Source: Malacoraja senta
Lineage: Eukaryota
Assembly (NCBI GenBank): GCA_038087875.1
Contig: CM075986.1
Span: forward strand, 2,542,001 to 2,606,000
Reading direction: 5' to 3'
DNA length: 64,000 nt
Shown here: positions 23,436 to 33,322 of the stretch, piece after piece
Numbering within the stretch: position 1 is the first letter of the stretch
Layout: each line of letters starts with the position of its first letter
Translations under genes and position numbers: made by a program
The notes under the pieces: generated by a model
Seen by the model: only the letters and a program-made list of their open reading frames with translations
The model's database searches: none
What the model was told of the DNA's origin: nothing

Positions 23436-23905
23436 TCTATCATCCAAAGGTTGAAAGGTTTCAAAGGTCTGTTTATTGTCACGTACCAATTAAGGTACAG
23501 TGAAACTCGATTTACCATACAGCCATACTAAAAAAAGCATCAAGACACACAACTACATAAAAGTTAACATAAACAGTCTAGTCTTCTTCCCTCTTCATTC
23601 TCCCACTGTCGGGGCGATCGAAGCTCCCGCAGCCGGCAGTCGAAGCCCCCCTGATCAGTGCGGTCGAAGCTCCTGGGGCCTGGAGCTCCCGAAGTTGGTC
23701 CCTAACCAGAACCCGCGAGCTCCACGATGTTAAGTCTGCAGGCTCCCGCAGTTGGAGCTCCCAAAGAGGCCGCCAACTCCACGATGTTCAGCCATAGTGC
23801 AGACAGAGATAAAATATGGAAAAAGTTGCATCTCCGTCGAGGTAAGAGATTAAAAAAAGTTTCCCCCAACCCCCTCCCTACATAAAACAAGCTCAGGAAC
23901 ACTAA

Positions 23906-24681
23906 AGGGCCTGTCCCATTTTGGCGGCTTTTTAGGCGAGTGCAGGAGACTCTGCGTTCGCCACATGGTCGCCACATGTTGGCTAGTGGTCTCTGGTGAG
24001 TCTCCTTTATGGTCAAGAGGAGTTCCCGCATTCTGAGAACTAGTCGTGGCCTCAGTATGGTCGGCGCAAATTTTTCAACATGTTGAAAATTTTTCTGCAA
24101 CCAAAAATTGTTTGCCATGGAGAAAATCGATACTTTTGTAGTCGTAGGTACAGTGGTAGTGGGGTCGCCATGTCGTTGTAGGTAGTCGAGGTAGCCGTAG
24201 GTAGCTTTAGTTAATCTCCTTTGCTGACCGGGCATTTTCATTGGCTCATTGGTGAAAAAAAAACATAAGCACGAGTTTTCAGAACCAAGGAAAACCAACC
24301 GGTAATGTTAAATGCCCAATAAACTTCACTGCTGTGTATCTCTGGCTTATTAAAAGTTGTCTGGCTTCTTAAAAGTGTCTCCACTTCTTCTCCCCCCCTC
24401 CCCGCTCTGTTAAAGGACTTACCATACACTGTGCTAACCGTCCTTAACCTTCCTGTTCACCTCCTGTGTGTCTGTATCACCTTGGCTTTGCACCGTGAGA
24501 ATTTCAGACAGCGCTCCCCAGCTTTCCCTGGCCCCCGCCTTTGCGATGTGTTTGTGTGTGTGTGTGAGTGTTTGTTCCGCTCTGAGGGTTGCCATTGCAC
24601 TTCGCGGTTTTTCAGGCGAGTGCGGCGAGCTTGAAGGTCGCAGGCAGTCCACTGAAAAATCGCCTAAGTGGCACAGGCCCT
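23906..24681 (+). mobile_element. PIF/Harbinger-type MITE, copy 2
   Basis: TIR AGGGCCTGTCCCATTT / AAGTGGCACAGGCCCT, flanked by TAA / TTA. Colinear with 2540-3294. Confidence 0.88.
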
Positions 24682-24761
24682 TTAAACATACATTTAACAC
24701 ATACTATAAAACGTCAAAGAAGGAAAGGACGAGACAGACTGTTGGCGAGGCAGCTAATGCG

Positions 24762-24775
24762 GCGCCACCTGGTGG
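24762..24775 (-). promoter_or_regulatory. Strong CTCF core motif match
   Basis: Minus strand CCACCAGGTGGCGC matches the CTCF consensus CCASYAGRKGGCRS at every position. Binding is not shown. Confidence 0.55.
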
Positions 24776-25565
24776 TAATAGATGCTGCCCATTGTGAAAT
24801 TAGTTTGTTTTTGTTTTATAGTTGGTAGCATGGAAACAGGCCCTTCGGAACTAGTGTACGTGAGTTTATTGGTAGGCGCGGACTCGGAGGGGCGAAGGGC
24901 CTGTTTCCACGCTGTCTCTCTAAACTAAACTAACCAAATTCTCCCAGGCTACAGATAATCAGGTGTCTGCTCCAATCTAACTTCAGCCATGGCTTCCAGC
25001 TAGCTGCTGCATTCCCTGAGATGATTTCCTCCACTGGTCCCAGCTGCAGAGAGTCTTTTTAAGGGATGCAGACTGGTCTTAATTTAGCTTGCTTCAGTGC
25101 CAGCCGCTTGGGTTGCTATCCATGGCACTGCACTGAGCCAACAAACAGAGCACTTAGCACCAGATGGTCATTGATAATGACTACACAGCATGGATTTCAC
25201 ATGTAAAGGTGTGCATTAGCCGTGCATCACACTCTCAGTGCTCGTTTTTTAGTCCAATCCAACACAGCCTTTACTCACTGTTCCCTCCTGCCGCACATTT
25301 CAGTCCTCCAGACCCAACCCTGTAGCTTCCACCGTCTAACACAATTATTAACTGAGTCAAAATGTACTCCCTTCAAATGACGTGTATCATATTTTGAAAG
25401 TCAAAATTGAACAAGCGTTCCATTTCAACCTGACATGCCCAGACCCAAGAATCTTTCTAATTGTGAGTTGTGCATCCTGTTCTCCAATTTCTTCCTTGTA
25501 GTCTTGTTATCCTTCTTCTCATTAGTCTCTGCTTTTCATTGAAGACCCTGTCATGTTCTACAGCT

Positions 25566-25660
25566 CTGAAGAAGGGTTTTGACCTGAAACATTGCCCATT
25601 CCTTCTCTCCAGAGATGCTGCCTGTCCCACCGAGTTACTCCAGCATTTTGTGTCTATCTT
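25566..25660 (+). mobile_element. Penelope pLTR-derived hammerhead unit
   Basis: CTGAAGAAGGGTTTTGACCTGAAACATTGCCC...CCAGCATTTTGTGTCTATC. Confidence 0.75.
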
Positions 25661-26087
25661 CATTTTTGACTGACAGCTTCACTACAGGGCAATATTCAGT
25701 TTGTCATCACCATTGCATTGGCAGCTTCTGAACTACAGTTCCTGCACAAACTAATTAGTACAACAAAAGGAAATGATGCAGATTTAATTGATATTTGGCA
25801 GCAAAATCACTTCATGCAGATTCCACAATACCGTCAAGCATTCTGCAGCAACCTCCAACAGCACGACAAATAGAATGTAGAAAAATAAAGATTCTTCATT
25901 CTACAACTTTCCCCCCGTCTTTTGTTTTGCACTTGAATGCGACTTCAATTATAACATGTTCCCCACGATCTTGCTCCATTCTTTACTTTATCAGCTGAAC
26001 CTCATCCCTCCCCTCCCCGCCCCCCTCACCACTGCTACACGTACACACACATGTATGTCAATAAGCTCTTCTAAAGCTTACCTCCCA

Positions 26088-26838
26088 TGTCTAGTTCAGT
26101 AAAAAACACTGAGTCAAGCACTGGACCAAATAAACTTTATTTTTAGATTGTACAGCAAATTCCCCTATACGAAACCTAAACCACCACGGGTTCGATCCTT
26201 GTCTCTGCCTGGCCAAGCCCTGCAGCCTTGTGCAATCAGACACACTCCAAAAAGTTACGCAGTCCCAACCGCTCCTCCAGAAGATTGACATCGATCTAAA
26301 ATGGGGCTACTTTTTATAGGTCCATGAACCTTGAGGGGAAAACTACATAGGGATGGTCTCTTTACAGTCCAATCAAACATATTAATTACATCAATACATT
26401 ATTGACAGTTCCCCAAACCAATTATAGAGTCTTCCATACAATGTTTCTGGCAGAAGCTTCTGGAAGGAAGGTAACTAACTGAATAATGCAACATTTACCC
26501 TGGAACTCAAAACAATCCTGCCAGGGCTTAACATTTTGGCCAATCAACAAGCAGCAGGATAACTGTCTTGCAACATTATTTACATTATTTACAATTCCTT
26601 TGCAGCAATCCAATCGTATCAACGCATTTAAGTTTATTTACAGAGTTTAATACATATTATCAATTAAGGGGAAATGAGGAGAACACCTGGATCTTTCACC
26701 ATCCTGCATATCAATCTGAAGCTCAGACTGGTCGGCATCATCCACAGCCTGTAAATTTCCACTGACAAAGGTTAAGCAATTCCGACAAATGCAGGGATCC
26801 TCCATTTTATGGTGTCTTTAATTTGGTCAATATTAACA
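26088..26838 (-). mobile_element. Retroviral 3' LTR (~751 bp)
   Basis: On the minus strand, PPT AAAACGGGGGAA (26850-26839) directly precedes TG at 26838. TATAAAAA is at 26318-26311, AATAAA at 26141-26136, and the LTR ends ...ACTAGACA at 26088. Confidence 0.8.
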
Positions 26839-27129
26839 TTCCCCCGTTTTATCATTTATGATAACCTTCATCATTAATGATAACTTCAAAATACAATGAC
26901 GACTGCATCACTCTAACAAATGTTCTAACAAAAAGATGCTGATGTATTTTCCCAGAATTTCATCAAGCTTCCCGAGTTTTCGTGGGCGTAGCTTCATGAT
27001 TCCCCTCTGATGAATCTTCACCTCCCACGTTTTCGAGCGTGCGAATCGCATCCATCAATTTTGATAGTTTATCTGTGGTTGATCCATAATAGATTAGAAA
27101 GTTCCTAAGAGAACCTGGGATGAAGTAAG

Positions 27130-27640
27130 TTAACAGTCCATACTTTCACTGATACTTTTACAGTGATGGAAATGTACCCATGCATTCCTTCCATCCACTT
27201 TCACTGCTGTTGGAGTCATTAGAAGAACCTGGTAAGGTCCCTCCCAATGAACATCCAATCCTTTCCTCACCCAATTCTTTATAAGGACATAGTCTCCAGG
27301 TTTCACTTTAATGGGAGTTGCTAACAAAGGTATCTCACTCTAGGCTGCTCTTACTCTACAATGTGAATCCCTTAAAGCTCTAGACAAAGCTAGAATGTAG
27401 TTGGTCATCTCCGCAGTCATATGGTGGAAATTGATTATTTTCATCGCATTCTGGTTCCAAGGTGTTTTCAAGGGTCTACCATAAACAATTTCAGCTGGAC
27501 TTAATCTAGATTTTCCTGCAGGCATGACTCTCATCTGAAATGGAGCTATTGGGAGAAATGTAATCCATCCAAATCCAGTCTCCACCTTTAATTTGGCTAA
27601 TTTAGTTTTAAGGGTCTGATTTGTCCTTTCTACAAGGGGT
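27130..27640 (-). pseudogene. pol: ERV integrase C-terminal half (class I, epsilon/gamma-like), one in-frame stop
   Basis: VERTNQTLKTKLAKL (catalytic E helix), LSPAEIVYGRP, and PGDYVLIK...WEGPYQVLLMTPTAVKV...WVHFHHCK (retroviral IN C-terminal motif). Confidence 0.88.
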
Positions 27641-27889
27641 TGATTTAATTCTTGGGCATCCAGTACCAACATTTGAAAACCTTCTCCTCATGCTTGACAA
27701 TAACTTCCTTTGCATGTCAATCCCATTACCCACCATTGATAGCAAGTACTCAACTCACAAGCTCCCAAACTTTCAGCCTCTCTCCTTTTAACTCCACTTT
27801 TAAGCTTTAAAAAAAAATCAAAATCTTTGATCAAGCTGTTAACATGATTTCATTATCTTGTTCACTGCTACTTACTTTTGTTAGGATGC

Positions 27890-29127
27890 AAACTTATGGA
27901 ACTAAAGGCTGACAAGTCCCCTGGATCTGATGGCCTGTATCTTAGTGTTATGAAAGAAGTAAGAGAGGAGACAATGGAAATATTGGTTGTAATCAATGAA
28001 AATTCCATACATTGTGTAGATCACCTGGCATGGTAAAATGCTAGAATCCTTCTTACTAGAATCCATTAATAAGAAGGCAACAGCCTGGCATTTAGAAATC
28101 TAGATCATCAAACAGCATCACCACAGATTTATTGAAGGGTAGTTATATTTGACATAATTGCTAGAACCTTTTTGAGAATGTAAAGGGGCTGTCGCACTTG
28201 GGCGACTTAACCGCGAGTCGAAAGGAGTGTCTTCGACCTTCAAGCTCGAGGGCACTCGCCTGGAAAGCCTCGAGCTGGATCGACCATCCGCGTTGAAACC
28301 GCGAGCTGGATCGACCGACCGCACACACACAAACACATCGTGAAGGTGGGGTCCAGGGAAAGCGGTGGTGCGCTGTCTGAAATTCACACCCGCGATGAAG
28401 AACAAAGTAAAACGGCTGCACAGTAATGGTAAGTCCTTTAGAGAGCACGGAGAGGGGGGGGGGAGAGAAGGGGGAGAGAAGGGGGGAGAAGGAGTGGAGA
28501 CACTTTTAAGAAGTATAATAAAGTTTAGTGGGCATTTTACCTACCGGTAGGTCTTCCTTGGTTCTGAAAACTCCAATGAGCCAATCAAAATGCCCGGTCA
28601 GTGAAGGAGATTGCCTACGTCCATTGAGATTGCCCAGCAACCTCAATGGACCTCCTAGGACCACGTGTCGACCATGCTGTGAGGTTGAAGGTTGAAGACA
28701 CTCTTCTAAACTCGCAGATTAGGTCGCCCAAGTGGGACAGCCCCTGAACAAAAAGGATCAATAAAGGGAAACAAATAGAGGTCGTGCATTTGGATTTCTG
28801 CAAGTAATTTGATAAAATGCCACCTAAGAGGTTATTGCATTAGAGTGCACAGAGTTGGGAGCAATTGTAATTGGTAAATGGTAATTAGAATTGTAATTGT
28901 TTTATAATGTAATAATGTAATTGGTAAGTGGGTAACTCACGGAGAACCAAGAGCTGGGGAAAATGGATCAATTACTGACTAGTGGGGTTCCATCGGAATT
29001 GGTGCAAGAGCCTCAACTATTTGCAATCTATATTAATGACTTAAATGAAGGGACTCGGGGGAGTGTCACCAAATTTGATATTGCAAAGAATGAGTGGATG
29101 GGCAAGTTCTAAGCAGACTACAAAGGG
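27890..29127 (+). pseudogene. Old CR1 RT relic interrupted by a MITE
   Basis: LKADKSPGSDG at 27903, decayed HLDF..FDK and TSGVP..LVQEPQLFAIYINDL. Confidence 0.75.
28184..28745 (-). mobile_element. PIF/Harbinger-type MITE, copy 3 (related subfamily, opposite orientation)
   Basis: TIR AGGGGCTGTCGCACTTGGGCGAC / GTCGCCCAAGTGGGACAGCCCCT, flanked by TAA / GAA. Internal CCTTGGTTCTGAAAA is the reverse complement of the segment in copies 1 and 2. Confidence 0.85.
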
Positions 29128-29978
29128 ATAGACACAAAATGCTGGAGTAACTCAGCAGGTCAGGCAGCAGTGTTAGTGTACGGTTGACAGCTGGTTGGCG
29201 TGGATGTGGTGGGCTGAAGGGCCTGTTTCCATGCTGTATCTCTAAAATCTAAAGTAATGAGACTTGAGGAGCATGAGGAGAGAACAGGAATGTAATGTGG
29301 ATGCCAAGATTAAATCAACTATTATCTTATTGAATAAGAAAGCTGCCTCACGGGACCTATTGTCCAACTTCTGTTCCTGTTTCTCATGTTCTTGTAGTTT
29401 TAGCATAAACGTTGTTTCAAGCTCCGAAAAAGTGGAAGACTACACGTTAAAAATACTTTCATTTCCCATCAGATTGAAGTGATACTTCTCTTATCTAGAC
29501 TAACAAGAATGTCAAAGACTCCTTTAGATCTGAATAAGTTGAGCAGGGATTGTATTATATTAACTCAGCTGAAGGTCTTAGAGAATAATTGTACTTAAAA
29601 TTATATGAATCAACTGCATGGCACAGCCTCAATACATTCTTTAGACCAATAAATATGGTTTAAAGGGAATCATTTTTTCATTAGTTAGCCATATTTTTTT
29701 AAGTGGTTTATATGAGCAAGGTAGAACTTTTAGCAGATCAACAAGCAAGATGCTGGGGAATTGTTTCAACAACCATGCAAATGTATAGCATTTCCATCTG
29801 TAAGAGTCCATATTAGTCTAATCAAATCCCCTTCTGTCATAGAAATATGTCAAATTAACACACAAACAATGCATTTGACCCATTTCTTCAGCGCAAAAAA
29901 AAAGAAATTGCTACTAAGATAAAAAATATCCATCTGGTTGCTGTTTCCCTAATTTCCACCACATCAAATAACATCACA

Positions 29979-30300
29979 GGGTGGCACAGTGGTGCAGCGG
30001 TAGAATTGCTGCCTTATAACGCCAGAGACACGGGTTCAATCCTGAATATGGGTGCTGGCTGTATGGAGTTTGTCTGACGGGTGCTGGCTGTACGGAGTTC
30101 CTGTGACCGCGTGGGTTTTCTGAGGGTGCTCTGGTTTCCTCCCACACTCCAAAGACATACAGGTTTGGAGATTAATTGGCTTTAGTAAAGATTTTAAATT
30201 GTTCCTAGTATGAAGGATAGTGCTAGTGTATTGCTGGTTGGCACAGATTTGGTAGGCCAAAGAGGCCTGTTTCTGCACTGTATCTATAAACTAAACTGAA
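29979..30300 (+). mobile_element. V-SINE
   Basis: A/B boxes, V core, tail. Confidence 0.9.
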
Positions 30301-30472
30301 TGAAAATGTTTCAGTTGCTTTTTGGTCTGTAATTTGTGGTCAGCACCACTCCTTTCCTTTATAGTTCCCCGTGAATTATATCCTGTTATTGTGCACCATC
30401 CTCGACAACCTTGTCTACATAGTGCCCATTACAGGTGGATTCTGCCGTGTCTTAACAGGACCAGCACATGTG

Positions 30473-30617
30473 TGTGTAGGAAGCAATGTAGGAAGCAACT
30501 GCAGATGCTGGTTTACATCAAAGATTGACACAAATGCTGGAGTAACTCAGCGGTACAGACAGCATCCCTGGAGAAAAGGAACAGGTGATGTTTCGGGTCC
30601 AGACCCTTCTTCAGTCT
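30473..30617 (-). mobile_element. Penelope pLTR-derived hammerhead unit with tail
   Basis: Minus strand GACTGAAGAAGGGTCTGGACCCGAAACATCACC. The catalytic core is intact. Confidence 0.8.
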
Positions 30618-31344
30618 TGAACAAATCTGACTGAAGAATCCTCACCGAAGTAACAGAATCTAAACCAGAAACTTTAAACTATAATAGTTAATTCGATGTA
30701 ATTCAATGTAAAATTATGGATGAAGTTAGGTGAGGATGAGAAGGATGGAATGACCAAAGAGGGGGGAAAAAATTCAAAGAGAAAACATAATTGTGGCTTT
30801 AATTCTTTCTTTAAAAAAATAACAGTTGAAGTAAAACAACAATTGTGTTTTTTCCATTGAATCTTTTTTCTTTATTTCTGAAGGAATGAATCTCCATCAT
30901 TATAAAATTAAATTTTCAGTGTCAGTGAGGCCATTGGAAATAATTAAGGCCTGTGACACCATTAAAATATCACCTCCATTTCAATGAACAAGTCTCAGCT
31001 TTTCTAACATGTTTAATATCTAGGAGTCAAGTCTTGAAACACCATCTCATTTGTTTTAATGTCAACTTGATCATTGATTTAGTTCTTAAAAGTGTGATAA
31101 AGAAATAATTATTATTTCGAACTTCCTGTTTAGACACAAGAACGAATTATTGCAAATAGTTTCCGAACTCAAAAGACTTGGGGACATTATTTTTGCCTAT
31201 TATTATTGTCTATTTTATTTATTTATTTTTTTTACATATACACTGATCGTTTTTTTTGTTCATTGTGGGTTTTAATGATTACTATGTTTACATATCTGTT
31301 GTGCTACAGCAAGTAAGAATTTCATTGTTACGTTTTGGGACGTA

Positions 31345-32991
31345 CTCAGACCCCATTGTTACGTTTCAGGGAAGTATTCAGACCCCTTCACTTTTCCACA
31401 TTACAGCCTTTCTACGTTACAGCCTTATTCTAAAATGGATTAAATTCTTTTTTTTTATCATCAATTTACACACAATACCCCAGAATGAAGAAGCAAAAAC
31501 AGGTGTTTAGAAATTTTTGCAAAGTAATTAAGAAGAAATAAATGAAATATCACATTTACATAAGTATTCATACCCTTTGCTCTGACACTCAAAATTGAGC
31601 TCAGATTCGTCCTGTTTCCATTGATTATCCTAGAGATTTTCTGCAACTTGATTAGAGTCCAGCATTAAATTGCTTGGACAAGATTTGGAAAAGCACACAC
31701 CTGTCTATGTAAGGTCCCACAGTTGACAGTGCATGTCAGAGCAAAAACCAAGCCATGAAATCGAAGGAATTGTCCATTGACCTCCGAGACAGGATTGTTT
31801 TCCGACACAGATCTGGGGAAGGTATAAAAACAATTTCTGCAGCATTGCAGGTCCCGAAGAGCACATTGGCCTCCGTCATTCTTAAATGGAGGAACTTTGG
31901 AACCACCAGGACGATTCATAGAGCTGGCCGCCCGCCCAACCTGAGCAATCGGGGGAGAAGGGCCTTGGTCAGGGAGGTGACCAAGAACCCACTGGTCACT
32001 CTGATAGAGCTCCAGAGTTCCTCTGTGGAGATGGGAGAACCTTCCAGAAGGACAACTGTATCTGCAGCACTCCACCAATCAGGCCTTGGTAGAGCGGCCA
32101 GATGGAAACCATTCCTCAGTAAAAGGCACATGACAACTCGCTTGGAGTTTTCCAAAATGCACCTAAAGGATCTCAGACCATGAGAAACAAGTTTCGCTGG
32201 TCTGATGAAACCAAGATTGAACTCTTTAGCCTGAATTGTACCGTTGACCCTGTGTTAACCTACATATGACAAATAAAACTGAACTGAACTGAATGCCAAG
32301 CGTCACATCTGGAGGAAACCAGGCACCGCTCATCACCTGGCCAATACCATACCTACGGTGAAGTATGGTGGCGGCATCATCATGCTGTGGGGATGTTTTT
32401 CAGTGGCAGGAACTGGGAGACTAGTCAGGATCGAGAGAAAGATGAACGGAGCAAAGTACAGCGAGATCCTTGATGAAAACCTGCTCCAGAGCGTTCTGGA
32501 CCTCAGACTGGGGCAGAGGTTCACCTTCCAACAGGACAATGACCCGAAGCACACAGCCAAGACAACACAGGAGTGGCTTCATGACAAGTCTGTGAATGTC
32601 CTTGAGTGGCCCAGCCAGAGCCCGGACTTGAACCCGATCAAACAACTCTGGAGGGATCTGAAAATAGCTGTGCATCGATGCTCCCCATCCAACCTGATGG
32701 AGCTTGAGAGGATCTGCAGAGAAGAATGGGAGAAATTACCCTAATACACGTGTGCCAAGCTTGTTGCATCATACCCAAGAAGACTTGAGGCTGCAATCGT
32801 TGCCAAAGGTGCGTCAACAAAGTACTGAATAAAGGGTCTGAATACTTAGGTAAATGTGATATTTCAGTTTTGTTTTTTTAATACTTTGCAAAAATTTCTA
32901 AAACACTTTTAAAAATCCATTTTAGAATAAGGCTGTAACATAACAAATTGTGCGAAAAGTGAAGGGGTCTGAATACTTTCTGAATGCAGTG
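31345..32991 (+). mobile_element. Second Tc1-family transposon (different subfamily), defective
   Basis: IRs with AAGTATTCAGACCCCTTCACTTTT / AAAAGTGAAGGGGTCTGAATACTT and inner DRs. TA at 31343-31344 and 32992-32993. It sits in a Rex-type tail that rejoins as GGGACGTA|TGATAATAAAACACTCTTGA. Confidence 0.92.
31755..32828 (+). pseudogene. Tc1 transposase pseudogene
   Basis: MKSKELSIDLRDRIV...[20 protein letters not shown] and [12 protein letters not shown] (catalytic E replaced by K). There is a frameshift near 32170, a stop at 32742 and an insertion at 32237-32288. Confidence 0.9.
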
Positions 32992-33055
32992 TATGATAAT
33001 AAAACACTCTTGATTTTTGACGAGTAGTAGATATAACCAGCTCCCGTCAATGGAA

Positions 33056-33229
33056 TGTGCAGGAAGGAACAGCGGATGCTAGTTTAAACTGAAAATTTAC
33101 ACAAAATGGTGGAGTAACTCAGCGGGGCAGGCAGTATCTCTGGCAGTCTAAAGAAGGGTCTCGACCTGAAACATCGCCCATTCCATCTATCCAAAAATGC
33201 TGCCTGTTACTCCAGCATTTGTGTCTATT
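33056..33229. mobile_element. Inverted-pair hammerhead/pLTR mini-element with perfect 14-bp TSD
   Basis: Minus copy with tail (33056-33143) joined head-to-head to the plus copy AGTCTAAAGAAGGGTCTCGACCTGAAACATCGCCC. TCCCGTCAATGGAA occurs at 33042-33055 and 33230-33243. Confidence 0.88.
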
Positions 33230-33322
33230 TCCCGTCAATGGAAGATGGTCAGGGAATATAATGGGAGCAGTAGATTGTGCTGAGCTCTCAGAAGAAACAT
33301 ACCTTAATTATTCATCGCTATG

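Larger units (their letters stand above)
23445..24775 (-). mobile_element. Non-autonomous ~550-bp retroelement with Rex/Babar-type 3' tail, interrupted by a MITE
   Basis: Minus-strand 3' end TTTCACTGTACCTTAATTGGTACGTGACAATAAA plus a (ACCTTT..)n tail resembles the tails at 300-345 and 57885-57920. The GC-rich body has GGAGCT repeats and no RT or tRNA head. The flanks of the MITE rejoin as AACACTAAAACATAC. Confidence 0.6.

Noticed and set aside
25091-25138. Hairpin CAGTGCCA...TGGCACTG as a pre-miRNA
   Set aside because: The stem is too short and I recognise no mature miRNA.
27640-27845. Possible gag start or 5' LTR upstream of the integrase fragment
   Set aside because: No match to the 3' LTR, no primer-binding site and no recognisable Gag motif.
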